Assembly (NCBI GenBank): GCA_050015075.1
Contig: JBEKCB010000008.1
Location: forward strand, 89,743 to 153,742
Source of the DNA: Candidatus Brocadiia bacterium
GTDB taxonomy: Bacteria; Planctomycetota; Brocadiia; CAIUPP01
DNA: 64,000 bases
Direction of reading: 5' to 3'
In this document: positions 49,995 to 59,876 of the stretch, one piece after another
Numbering within the stretch: the stretch's first letter is position 1
Layout: each line of letters opens with the position of its first letter
Made by a program: the position numbers and the translations under genes
The notes under the pieces: model-generated
The model's database searches: none
Seen by the model: only the letters and a program-made list of their open reading frames with translations
Told to the model about the DNA's origin: nothing

Positions 49995-52640
49995 TTGGCG
50001 CAAAATAAGATAGCCATCCCCAAACTCTCCCTCGTCGTTCTGGTCGGCACGTCCGGCTCGGGAAAGTCCACCTTCGCAAAGAAGCACTTCCTGCCCACGG
50101 AGGTAGTCTCCTCGGACTTCTGTCGCGCGCTGGTCTCGGATGACGAAAACAACCTCGCCGTGACCGGGCAAGCCTTCGAGCTGCTGCACGACATCGCGCG
50201 CAAACGTCTGGCGCTGGGCCGTCTGACGGTCGTGGACGCTACGAACGTGCAGTTCGAGGCCCGGAAGCCGCTCGTCCAGATCGCGCGGGATTTCCACTGC
50301 ATCCCAGTGGCCATCGTGTTCGACCTGCCGGAGAAGCTCTGCCAGGAACGGAACAAGGGGCGGGCCGACCGCACCTTCGGTCCTCACGTGATCCGGCAGC
50401 AGCGCTCTCAACTCAGGCGTTCATTGAGAAGCCTCAAGCGGGAGGGATTTCGGCACGTCTTCGTCCTCGATTCGGAAGAGGCGGTCAACGCGGCCTGCGT
50501 CGAGCGCGTGCCGCTCTGGAATGACCGAAGCAACGAGCACGGTCCATTCGACATCATCGGCGACGTGCATGGCTGCTGCGATGAGCTGGATACGCTGCTG
50601 GTGGAACTCGGTTATGAGGCGCGAGAAATGGTTGCGCCGGAGCCGCTTTGGGGCGGCAGGCACTACGCTCATCCGCAGGGCCGGAAGGCGGTGTTTCTGG
50701 GAGACATCGCCGACCGCGGGCCGCGCATTCTCGACGCGCTCAGGATCGTTCGGAACATGGTCGAGACCGGAAACGCCCTGTGCGTCCCCGGCAACCATGA
50801 TATGAAGCTCATGCGCGCGCTCCGTGGCAAGGACGTGCAGATCACGCGTGGTCTTGATAAGAGCCTTCGGGAAGTGGGAGCGGTTCCCGAAGACAGCCGC
50901 GCCGCCATCAAAACCGCACTGGCAGAATTTCTGGACGAACTGGTCAGTCACTACCTGCTCGACGGCGGAAAGCTCGTCGTAGCGCATGCGGGCATGAAAC
51001 AGGAGATGCAGGGACGCGGCTCGGGCAAAGTGCGGGACTTCGCCCTCTACGGAGAAACGACGGGAGAAACGGACGAATTCGGACTGCCGGTTCGATGCAA
51101 CTGGGCGGCGGAATACAGAGGACCGGCGATGGTGGTCTACGGCCACACGCCAGTGCCGGAGCCGGAGTGGTTGAACCGTACGATCAACATAGACACCGGG
51201 TGCGTTTTTGGCGGCAGGCTTACGGCGCTGCGTTACCCTGAAAAGGAACTGGTTTCCGTACCGGCGGCACAAACGTACTGCGAACCGGCGAAGCCGTTCC
51301 TGTCCGAGGAAAGTCAGGCCCCGCGGCTCACGGCCCAGCAGACGCACGACGACCTGCTGGACATTGAGGACGTGATTGGAAAACGCATCGTCACCACGCG
51401 CCTTCGCGGGACGGTGACCGTCCGGGAAGAGAACGCCACCGCCGCGCTGGAAATCATGAGCCGTTTTGCGACCGATCCGAAATGGATCATCTACCTGCCG
51501 CCGACCATGTCCCCTTGCGAAACGGCCACAGGCGGCAACTGTCTCGAAATCCCCGCTCAGGCGTTCTCATACTATCGCTCCGCAGGCATCCCTACGGTAG
51601 TCTGCGAAGAGAAGCACATGGGATCGCGGGCCGTGGTCATCATCTGCCGAAACGAGGAAGCCGTGCGGACGCGCTTCGGCATCGTCGGTGACGGCATCGG
51701 AATCATCTATACGCGCACCGGTCGGCGATTCTTCGAGGAGAAGCACCGCGAGGAAGCGCTCCTCTTCCGTCTCCGCGCCGCGATGGACGCGACCGGCTTC
51801 TGGGACGAATTCCAGACCGACTGGGCCTGCCTCGATTGCGAGTTGATGCCCTGGTCGGCCAAGGCGCAGGAACTCCTTCGGAGTCAGTACGCGGCCGTCG
51901 GCGCATCGGCGCAAGCCGCGTTAACCGAGACGATCTCCCTCCTGCAACGGACGGCAGCGAGAAAGGATCTGTCACGGGATTTCACATTGCCGGCGGGGAG
52001 CACCGCGCGCCCGGTTGAAATCGAGCACCTGCTTGCACGATATCAGGCACGCCAGGAAGCGGTGGCCAAGTACATCTCTGCATACCGTCAGTACTGCTGG
52101 CCCGTCGCGTCTGTCGAGGATTACAGGCTTGCCCCCTTCCATCTTCTCGCCACGGAGGGCAAGGTCCACGTGGATCGGGATCATGTCTGGCACATGGACA
52201 CGCTCGCCAGAATATGCTATGCCGATGGACAGGTCCTGCTCGCCACGCCGTACAAGGTCGTGAACGTAACGGAGCCTGAGAGCGAGAAGGCGGGCACCGA
52301 ATGGTGGGAACAACTGACCGGCAAGGGCGGCGAAGGCATGGTCGTCAAGCCCTTGCAGTTCATCATGCGCGGGAAGAGCGGAATGGTGCAGCCGGCCGTG
52401 AAGGTTCGCGGCGCGGAGTACCTTCGAATCATTTACGGCCCGGAATACACCGCGCCGGAACACCTCAGCCGCCTGCGGTCGCGACATTTGGCGACGAAGC
52501 GGTCGCTGGCGTTGCGGGAATTTGCCCTGGGCATCGAGTCCTTGGAACGGTTCGCCCGCAAGGAACCACTTCGGCGCGTGCACGAATGCGTGTTCGGCGT
52601 GCTGGCGCTGGAAAGCGAACCCGTTGATCCGAGACTGTAG
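49995..52640 (+). CDS. pnkp: Polynucleotide kinase-phosphatase-ligase Pnkp
   Basis: GTSGSGKST kinase; GDVHG, GDIADRGP, PGNHD, YGHTP phosphoesterase; EEKHMGSR, EGMVVKP ligase; ends SEPVDPRL; TTG start. Confidence 0.96.
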   Translation: MAQNKIAIPKLSLVVLVGTSGSGKSTFAKKHFLPTEVVSSDFCRALVSDDENNLAVTGQAFELLHDIARKRLALGRLTVVDATNVQFEARKPLVQIARDFHCIPVAIVFDLPEKLCQERNKGRADRTFGPHVIRQQRSQLRRSLRSLKREGFRHVFVLDSEEAVNAACVERVPLWNDRSNEHGPFDIIGDVHGCCDELDTLLVELGYEAREMVAPEPLWGGRHYAHPQGRKAVFLGDIADRGPRILDALRIVRNMVETGNALCVPGNHDMKLMRALRGKDVQITRGLDKSLREVGAVPEDSRAAIKTALAEFLDELVSHYLLDGGKLVVAHAGMKQEMQGRGSGKVRDFALYGETTGETDEFGLPVRCNWAAEYRGPAMVVYGHTPVPEPEWLNRTINIDTGCVFGGRLTALRYPEKELVSVPAAQTYCEPAKPFLSEESQAPRLTAQQTHDDLLDIEDVIGKRIVTTRLRGTVTVREENATAALEIMSRFATDPKWIIYLPPTMSPCETATGGNCLEIPAQAFSYYRSAGIPTVVCEEKHMGSRAVVIICRNEEAVRTRFGIVGDGIGIIYTRTGRRFFEEKHREEALLFRLRAAMDATGFWDEFQTDWACLDCELMPWSAKAQELLRSQYAAVGASAQAALTETISLLQRTAARKDLSRDFTLPAGSTARPVEIEHLLARYQARQEAVAKYISAYRQYCWPVASVEDYRLAPFHLLATEGKVHVDRDHVWHMDTLARICYADGQVLLATPYKVVNVTEPESEKAGTEWWEQLTGKGGEGMVVKPLQFIMRGKSGMVQPAVKVRGAEYLRIIYGPEYTAPEHLSRLRSRHLATKRSLALREFALGIESLERFARKEPLRRVHECVFGVLALESEPVDPRL

Positions 52641-52732
52641 GATTCTCTTTGAAAGCAATCCGCCGATAGAATTGACAAAGCAGCGACCGCATGGGAGCCG
52701 GCTGGACAGTTTGATTCCACAGGAGGCAACGT

Positions 52733-53350
52733 ATGAGCGCCGGGAAGAGGTTCTTTACTTTCGTGATGCTGCTCCTGGCCCTTGGATGGACGGCTGACCG
52801 CGCGGCCCTTGGCACAGAACTGACCGAGCCTGCGGAGATCGAAGCGAACGGGCGCTACGTCCATGAGCCGTCCGGGATGGTGTTCCCACCGGCCGTCCTG
52901 GACTTCAAACGTGTGGAGCTCTTCCGCTACGACAAGGAGGGCCGCGACGTATCCGGCGGGTACAATCTGGAGCGCGACGCATACACGATCGTCGCCACGG
53001 TGTATGTGTACCCGATTCCTCCGAGCGGCAATCCGGCGACCGGCCTTGTGGCCGCGCATTTCGAAAGCGTCAAGCAGGCCATTATGACCGCGCATCCGGA
53101 CGCCAGGCTGCTCCAGGAGGACCAAGTCAAAGTCACTCAGGGCAAAGTTACCAAATTCGGTCTTCACGCCCTGTTTCGACTCACGCAAGCCACGCCCGCC
53201 GGCCAGCAAGTGTGTCGCTCGGAAGCCTACCTTTTCACGCACGGCAAGTGGTTCATCAAGTACCGGCTGACTTATCCTGAAGCGTACGCGGAGCAATGCG
53301 CCAGGGATATCAAAGCCTTCATGGAGACGTTGAAGTGGCCTGAAGGCTGA
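52733..53350 (+). CDS. Secreted hypothetical protein
   Basis: AGGAGG RBS, signal peptide, YVHEPSGMVFP...WFIKYRLTYP. Confidence 0.75.
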   Translation: MSAGKRFFTFVMLLLALGWTADRAALGTELTEPAEIEANGRYVHEPSGMVFPPAVLDFKRVELFRYDKEGRDVSGGYNLERDAYTIVATVYVYPIPPSGNPATGLVAAHFESVKQAIMTAHPDARLLQEDQVKVTQGKVTKFGLHALFRLTQATPAGQQVCRSEAYLFTHGKWFIKYRLTYPEAYAEQCARDIKAFMETLKWPEG

Positions 53351-53371
53351 TGACCGCTTGACGCCACGCCT

Positions 53372-55387
53372 TCAATGGCCGCCTTCGCTTAGGCCGGCGG
53401 CCTGGTTGAGATCCTTCAGGAATTGCGGGGATGGCTTGCCGCCGAGTTTCCGAAACTTCCCTATGTCCGCCAACGCCTTGCCGTACTCCTTTTTCTCGTA
53501 ATAGATGACCGCCCGGTAATAATAGGGCTCCGCGAAGTCCGGCGAATCCGGCTTTAGTTCGATAGCGCGGCCATAGTCGCTGAGGGCTTCGTCGAGACGG
53601 CCCGCGTCGGCGAGCGCCCTGCCGCGGTTCAAATACGCCTCGGGGAAGCGCGGCTTCAACTCGATCGCCTGGGTATAGTCCCGGATGGCCAGGTCGCGTT
53701 TGCCCAGGCGCGCATAGGCGGCGCCGCGGTTGTTGTAGGCTGTGCCGCCCTTCGGCTTCGCGCCGATCGCCTTATCGAAGTAGCCCACAGCCAAATCGTC
53801 GCGGCCGATGTGCACGTATGCGGCGGCCCAGTTGTCGTAGATCCGCGAAGCCTCAGCCTTAAACGGATGCGTCGCAATACCTTTCTCATAGCAGTCCGTC
53901 GCGCGGTCATATTGGCCGAGGCCGGCGTAAGCGTTGCCGAGAGCGAACCAGTTCAGCCCGAAGCCGGGTTCGATCCGGACCGCCTCCTTGGCAGGCTGGA
54001 CCGCGTCCTCGTATCGTCCCGCGCGCTGATACGCGCAGGCCAGGTTGTTCCAAGCGAACCAACAGCTCGGGTTCTTGTCGAGGTTATCGCGCCAGAAGCG
54101 CACCTCGTCGCCGCAGAGCTTGCCCCTTTCCCAGGCGATGCACGCCAGGACCGCCACACAAACTGTCGCCGCGGCGATGCCCAGGCGCCCCGTCCAGCCG
54201 CGCGCGGCCACGGCCCGCGCCAGGATGCCGCCGGCGAGCGCCGTGATGCCGATCATCGCCACGTACTGGAAATGGTCTGAGACCAGCGAGAGCGGCATGA
54301 ACGACATCTTCAGGAACCCCAGGACCGGCAGCAGCCCGATAAGGAAGTACGTCACGGCGAACAACGGCGCGCGGCCCCAGGTTTTTCGCCGCATCCACAG
54401 CCATGCCAGCCCGCCGACGAGCAACAGCAGCGGCAGCCATGCCAGGACGCTCGAGCCATCCACCTCCCAGCGCGGGTAGACCGCCGTGAGGCCCGCCGGC
54501 AGCAGGTCTTTGAAGAGATAGAACCAGACAACCCATCCGCTGGCGGCGATGATCGAGCCGGGGCCTTCACCCGGAAGGCGGACGTTGCTTCCGCGGATGG
54601 CGTTGTGCCACTGGAACCAGGTCGTCACCAGTCCCATCGCCAGCGCCAGCGCGAAGAACGGCAGGCTGCGCGCGATATCCCTGCCCGTGATGCGATCTCG
54701 ACGCCACCAAGCGCACATCAGCAGCACGAACGGCAGGACGACCACGGATCCCTTCGCCAGCAGCGCCAGAAGAAAGGCCGCGAGCGACAGAAAGTATCGG
54801 CCCTTTCCGCCGCGCTCGTCGTAATCGAGGAAGGCCCAGAGCGCGAGGAGGTAGAGCGCGAGTGAGAGTGTATTCTTGCCTTCGGTGATCCAGGCCGCTG
54901 AGAGCGTCGCCACCGGATGCACCGCGAAGAGCACCGCGCCCAGCCACGCTCCCGGAACTCGCAGTTGCCGCAAGACCCGCCACAGCAGCACGGCGGCGCC
55001 GGCGTGCAGCAGGACGTTCACGACGTGGTACCCGACCGGGTTCATTCCCCACGCCTGCCATTCCGCCCAGAGCATGGTCGAGGTGAGCGCGAAGTAATCC
55101 TGCGGTTCGGCGGTCAGCCAGATGTCGTGCAGGCCGTGCGGGTTCTCGATCAGGGGGTTGTCGATGAAGAAACCGAAGTCATCCCACACAAAGCCGCCGC
55201 GCACCGCCGGCACATAGACCGCCAGCGTGATCGCCACGATGGCCAGTCCCAGGGCGAGCGGCTTCCATCTTCCGATTCCCGCTTCCAGATGAACAACAGG
55301 CGGGTTCTGCGCCGTCCCTGGCTGCGCTCGGCGGCGTTGGGCGCTGGACGTTGGATGTTCGGTGTTCGTCGCTGTTTTCCCGCCCAT
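53372..55387 (-). CDS. TMTC-like membrane glycosyltransferase with C-terminal TPR repeats
   Basis: GGFVWDD, GYHVVNVLLH, LFAVHP, LALLAK; several AYNNRG/AYLNRG TPRs. Confidence 0.85.
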   Translation of the reverse strand: MGGKTATNTEHPTSSAQRRRAQPGTAQNPPVVHLEAGIGRWKPLALGLAIVAITLAVYVPAVRGGFVWDDFGFFIDNPLIENPHGLHDIWLTAEPQDYFALTSTMLWAEWQAWGMNPVGYHVVNVLLHAGAAVLLWRVLRQLRVPGAWLGAVLFAVHPVATLSAAWITEGKNTLSLALYLLALWAFLDYDERGGKGRYFLSLAAFLLALLAKGSVVVLPFVLLMCAWWRRDRITGRDIARSLPFFALALAMGLVTTWFQWHNAIRGSNVRLPGEGPGSIIAASGWVVWFYLFKDLLPAGLTAVYPRWEVDGSSVLAWLPLLLLVGGLAWLWMRRKTWGRAPLFAVTYFLIGLLPVLGFLKMSFMPLSLVSDHFQYVAMIGITALAGGILARAVAARGWTGRLGIAAATVCVAVLACIAWERGKLCGDEVRFWRDNLDKNPSCWFAWNNLACAYQRAGRYEDAVQPAKEAVRIEPGFGLNWFALGNAYAGLGQYDRATDCYEKGIATHPFKAEASRIYDNWAAAYVHIGRDDLAVGYFDKAIGAKPKGGTAYNNRGAAYARLGKRDLAIRDYTQAIELKPRFPEAYLNRGRALADAGRLDEALSDYGRAIELKPDSPDFAEPYYYRAVIYYEKKEYGKALADIGKFRKLGGKPSPQFLKDLNQAAGLSEGGH

Positions 55388-55474
55388 TTAACTCAGCGGA
55401 TCGAGAGCGCGGCCATTGTCTCTCTCCGCCCCGCTCGTGTCAATGAGCCGGCGGCCGAATGCAAAAGCAATGCA

Positions 55475-55524
55475 AATGGCCGAGGACGGAGGAAAAAGCG
55501 ATGATTCCTCCATCCCCGGCCATT
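55475..55524 (-). terminator. Long hairpin downstream of dnaK
   Basis: 20-bp arms aatggccgaggacggaggaa / ttcctccatccccggccatt; both mismatches are G-U pairs on the minus strand. Confidence 0.65.
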
Positions 55525-55543
55525 GGAAATCGGAAATTGGAAC

Positions 55544-57529
55544 TTACTTTTTATCCTTGTCCTTATCCTCGTCGAGCACTTCGAAATCGGCATCCACCAC
55601 ATTGTCCCCGGGCTGTCCCGTTCCGCCCTGGCGGGATTGGCGGCCGGCGCCAGGCTCCGGGCGCGGACGACCGGCGCTCGGTTCGCTCGGCCCTTGCGGA
55701 CCGGCGTCCTTGCCGCGCTGGCGGGCGGCTTCTTCATAGAGGAGCTTTCCGATCACCTGCGAGGCGTTCATGACCTGCTCCGTGCGGCGCCGGATTTCCT
55801 CCGGATCGTCCCCGCCCTTGGCCTTGTTGAGCGCGGCGACGGCGTCTTCGATCTTCTTGCGGTCCGATTCCGGCACCTTCGCCCCGTGCTCCTTGAGCGT
55901 CTTCTCCGTCTGGTAGATGAGCGAGTCGGCCTTGTTGCGCTCGTCAATCAGCTCTCGCTTCTTGCGGTCGTCATCGGAGTGCGCCTCGGCCTCCTTGCGC
56001 ATCTTGTCAATGTCGGTCTTGGTCAGGCCGGAGGAGGACTGGATCTGGATGGCCTGCTGCCGGCCGGTGGCCATGTCCTTGGCCGAGACATTGAGGATGC
56101 CGTTGGCGTCAATGTCGAACGTCACCTCGACCTGTGGCATACCGCGCGGCGCGGGCGGCAGGCCGACGAGTTGGAACCGGCCGAGCGTGCGGTTGTCGGC
56201 GGCCATCTCGCGCTCGCCCTGGAGGACGTGGATTTCGACGGCGGTCTGGCTGTCCGCGGCGGTGGTGAAGATCTCTTTCTTGCTGGTCGGGATCGTGGTG
56301 TTGCGCTCGATGAGGCGCGTCATCACACCGCCGAGGGTCTCGATGCCGAGCGAGAGCGGCGTGACATCGAGGAGCACGATGTCGGTCGGGCCTTCACCGG
56401 AAAGGATGCCGGCCTGGATCGCGGCGCCGACGGCGATCGCCTCGTCGGGGTTGACGCTCTTGTTCGGCTCCTTGCCGAAGATGTCGCGGGCGATCTGCTG
56501 CACGGCGGGCGTGCGGCTCGATCCGCCGACGAGGATGACCTCGTTAATGTCGGCGGGCTTCATGCCCGCGTCGCGGAGCGCCTGCTCGCAGGGCTTGCGG
56601 CAGCGCTCGGTCAGGTGCTGCGTGAGCTGCTCGAACTTCGCGCGAGTGAGCGTCATCTGCAAGTGCTTCGGCCCGGTCTGGTCGGCGGTGATGAACGGCA
56701 GGCTGATGTCGGTCTGCGTCTGCAGCGAGACCTCGCACTTGGCCTTTTCGCAGGCTTCCTTGAGGCGCTGCAGCGCCATCTGGTCCTTGCGCAGGTCAAT
56801 CCCGTTCTGCTTCTTGAACTCGTCGGCCACGTAGTCAATGAGGACCTGGTCATAGTTGTCGCCGCCGAGATGCGTGTCGCCGTTGACGGCCTTCACCTCG
56901 AAGACGCCGTCGCCGGTCTCGAGGATCGAGATATCGAACGTGCCGCCGCCGAGGTCGAACACGGCGATCTTCTCATCCTTGCGCTTGTCCAGCCCGTAGG
57001 CCAGCGCGGAGGCGGTCGGCTCGTTCAGGATGCGATGGACCTTCAGCCCGGCGATCTCGCCGGCGTCCTTGGTCGCCTGGCGCTGGCTGTCATTGAAGTA
57101 GGCCGGCACGGTGATCACCGCGTCCACGACCTTCTCGCCCAGGTAATCTTCCGCGGTCTGCTTGAGCTTCTGCAGGATCATCGCCGAGATTTCCGGCGGC
57201 GTGTAGTCCTTGTTCTCCTTCTCGATGTGCACCTTCACCAGGTCGTTCGGCCCGCCGACGATGTGGTACGAGACGAGCTTCTCCTCTTCGGCCACCTCGT
57301 TGTGGCGCCGTCCCATGAAGCGCTTGATGGAGAAGACCGTGTTGCGCGGATTCGTGATCGCCTGCCGCTTGGCGCTCTGCCCGACCAGGCGCTCTTCTCC
57401 GGTGAACCCGACCACCGATGGCGTCAGCCGGCTGCCTTCCGCGTTGGTCAGGACGACCGGCTTGTTGCCTTCCATGATCGCGACGACGGAGTTCGTTGTC
57501 CCGAGGTCAATACCGACAATCTTGCTCAT
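55544..57529 (-). CDS. dnaK: Molecular chaperone DnaK (Hsp70)
   Basis: [58 protein letters not shown]; AGGAGG RBS. Confidence 0.98.
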   Translation of the reverse strand: MSKIVGIDLGTTNSVVAIMEGNKPVVLTNAEGSRLTPSVVGFTGEERLVGQSAKRQAITNPRNTVFSIKRFMGRRHNEVAEEEKLVSYHIVGGPNDLVKVHIEKENKDYTPPEISAMILQKLKQTAEDYLGEKVVDAVITVPAYFNDSQRQATKDAGEIAGLKVHRILNEPTASALAYGLDKRKDEKIAVFDLGGGTFDISILETGDGVFEVKAVNGDTHLGGDNYDQVLIDYVADEFKKQNGIDLRKDQMALQRLKEACEKAKCEVSLQTQTDISLPFITADQTGPKHLQMTLTRAKFEQLTQHLTERCRKPCEQALRDAGMKPADINEVILVGGSSRTPAVQQIARDIFGKEPNKSVNPDEAIAVGAAIQAGILSGEGPTDIVLLDVTPLSLGIETLGGVMTRLIERNTTIPTSKKEIFTTAADSQTAVEIHVLQGEREMAADNRTLGRFQLVGLPPAPRGMPQVEVTFDIDANGILNVSAKDMATGRQQAIQIQSSSGLTKTDIDKMRKEAEAHSDDDRKKRELIDERNKADSLIYQTEKTLKEHGAKVPESDRKKIEDAVAALNKAKGGDDPEEIRRRTEQVMNASQVIGKLLYEEAARQRGKDAGPQGPSEPSAGRPRPEPGAGRQSRQGGTGQPGDNVVDADFEVLDEDKDKDKK

Positions 57530-57618
57530 TTGCTTGAACCTCCTGTAGTTCGCGCCGGCACACGGCCTGCGTATTGCCGCCCCTTGCCGTCTGTTTTTTT
57601 CCAGGTTGCCGTTCCTCA

Positions 57619-57647
57619 ACTATATAGCGCCCGCCGGAAGTTGTCAA
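57619..57647 (-). promoter_or_regulatory. Sigma70-type promoter for dnaK
   Basis: TTGACA-N17-TATAGT on minus strand. Confidence 0.7.
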
Positions 57648-57721
57648 GAATGGTTGACTGCCGGGCGGAATTGTGATTTCCTGTCAGTGTTCAAAATGGA
57701 CTTTGAAGCGCCGAAACACGC

Positions 57722-59212
57722 ATGATCTGCATTCCGATAGTCAACCGCACGCAGGGCGAAATCGAGGCCGACATGGCGTCGGCCGCCGGGCTCGCCGACG
57801 TCGTCGAGTTGCGCCTGGACTATGCCCCGGCCGCGGACCTGCGCCGGCTCCTCGAAAGACGCACCGGGCCGGTGATCGTCACGTACCGGCCGAGCCGCGA
57901 AGGCGGCGCATTCACCGGCCCCGAAGACGAGCGCCTGGCGCTGTTGCAGCGGGCGGTGGACCTGGGCGCGGAGTACGTGGATGTCGAATGGGACTGAGTC
58001 GGCCGCATCCGGCGCGGTCCGCGGACAAAAGTCATCGTTTCGCGCCACGACTTCCAGCGCACGCCCGATGACCTCGTCCGCCTGCACGCCGAGATCGTCC
58101 GCTCCGGCGCCGACATCGCCAAAATCGCCTGCCTGGCGCGCGACCTCCGCGACAACCTCCGCATCTTCGACCTGCTGCGCGCGTCGAAACATCCCACGAT
58201 CGCCCTGTGCATGGGCGAACTCGGCCTCATCAGCCGGGTCCTCGGCAGGAAGTTCGGAAACGTTCTGACCTACGCCTCGCTCAGGCCCGGAAGCGAATCC
58301 GCGCCCGGTCAGATCACCGCGGCGGAACTTCGCGAGCTTTACCGGTACAAGAAAATTCGCGCGGCCACCTCGATCTACGGCGTCATCGCCAACCCGGTCG
58401 CGCACAGCATGAGCCCGGCGATCCACAACGCCGCGTTCGAGGAGATGGGCTTGCACGCGGTTTACGTCCCGCTGAAAGTCGAGACGGACCCGGTCGCGTT
58501 CGTGAAGGCGTTCCGCAGCCTGGACGTGCAGGGCTATTCCGTCACCCTGCCGCATAAAGAGGCGATCCTGCCGGCGATGGACGAGGTGGACGAGCTCGCC
58601 CGGAAAATCGGCGCGCTGAACTCGGTGGTGAATCGGAACGGGCGCCTGCTCGGCACGAACACCGACGTGACCGCCGCCGTCAGCGCGCTCGAGGAGGCAT
58701 TCTCCGATGAGCCGGCGCGGCGAAAACCCGGAAATCGCTCCTCGTTGAGCGGAAAGCGAATCCTCCTGATCGGCGCAGGCGGCGCGGCCCGAGCAGTGGC
58801 ATTCGGCCTGGTGGAACTCGGAGCGAAAGTGATGGTCGCGAACCGGACCCGCGAGCGCGCCGCCCGGCTCGCGCAGGAACTCGGGTGCGACTCCTGCGCG
58901 CTCTCGGAAATCGGCTCGTACGGAGCCGACGTGCTGATCAACACGACCTCCGTCGGCATGAGCCCGAACGTGAAAGAAACGCCCGCGCCTGCGTCAGTCC
59001 TGCGGAAGGACATGGTGGTTTTCGACGCGGTCTATAATCCGCCCGAGACCCGCCTGATCCGCGAAGCCAAAGCGGCCGGCTGCCGGACGATCACCGGCAT
59101 CGCCTGGTTCGTCAACCAGGCCGCCGCGCAGTTCGAACTCTGGACCGGGAAACCCGCCCCGCGCGAAGTCATGGAGCGGGTGATCCGGAAGAAACTCGGC
59201 GCCCTTCCCTGA
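57722..59212 (+). CDS. aroE: Bifunctional type I 3-dehydroquinate dehydratase / shikimate dehydrogenase with one in-frame TGA (57995-57997)
   Basis: VELRLD, TYRPSREGG, YVDVEWD*VGRIRRGPRTKVIVSRHDF, ADIAKIAC, MGELGLISR, APGQ; then HSMSPAIHN, SVTLPHK, GTNTD, GAGGAARA, all in one frame. Confidence 0.88.
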
Positions 59213-59224
59213 GCTGAGTGGACG

Positions 59225-59653
59225 ATGATCCGCGTCACGCAGACGATTTCCATTGCCGAGAGCGAAATCGAGGAGCGCTTCGTCCGTTCCTCGGGGCCGG
59301 GCGGGCAGAACGTCAACAAGGTCGCCACCGGCGTGCAACTGCGCTTCAACGCCGCCGGCAGTCCCTCTCTAAGCGAGCCCGTGCGCCGCCGCCTGGCCGC
59401 GCTCGCCGGCGGGCGCATGACGCAGGAAGGGATCCTGATCATTGACGCCCGCCAGTTCCGCACGCAGGAGCAGAACCGCCGCGACGCCCTGGACCGCTTC
59501 ATCGCCCTCCTGCGCAAAGCCGCGCAGCCGCCCAAGCGCCGCTATGCCACCCGCCCAAGCGCAGCCTCAAGAAGCCGCCGCCTGGAATCGAAGCGCCGCA
59601 AAAGCCAGACCAAACGCACGCGCGGCCCTCTCCGGCGCGGCGAAGATCAGTGA
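59225..59653 (+). CDS. arfB: Alternative ribosome rescue peptidyl-tRNA hydrolase
   Basis: FVRSSGPGGQNVNKV, RTQEQNR, basic tail PKRRYATRPS...RRLESKRRKS. Confidence 0.95.
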   Translation: MIRVTQTISIAESEIEERFVRSSGPGGQNVNKVATGVQLRFNAAGSPSLSEPVRRRLAALAGGRMTQEGILIIDARQFRTQEQNRRDALDRFIALLRKAAQPPKRRYATRPSAASRSRRLESKRRKSQTKRTRGPLRRGEDQ

Positions 59654-59698
59654 CCCGCCCTGCCGATTCTCAGCGCGCCTCACGGACGTCGTAGCGTT

Positions 59699-59725
59699 CA
59701 GGTTCGAGTCCTGTATGGCCAACCA
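59699..59725 (+). other. Isolated tRNA 3'-end-like fragment (possible att remnant)
   Basis: caggTTCGAgtcctg-tatggcca-ACCA; no D or anticodon arm upstream. Confidence 0.45.
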
Positions 59726-59728
59726 TGA

Positions 59729-59842
59729 ACGGACGAACGCCCAACGTCCAACGCCGAACATCCAACGTCCAAGTCTACGGCGTAGGATACGCGAGCACTT
59801 GGGCGTTGGAAGTTCTATGTTGGGTGTTCGGAGTTCATCCGT
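59729..59842. repeat. Imperfect inverted repeat built of 7-nt units
   Basis: Arms of about 46 nt of (AACnnCC)n and the complement (GGnnGTT)n around a 22-nt loop. Confidence 0.75.
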
Positions 59843-59876
59843 AGTTGAGTATGGTGTGCCCCGAACCCCGGCAGTC

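Noticed and set aside
55523-57676. 717-aa ORF antisense to dnaK
   Set aside because: Antisense open frames are expected from codon bias in GC-rich, highly expressed genes; no independent motifs
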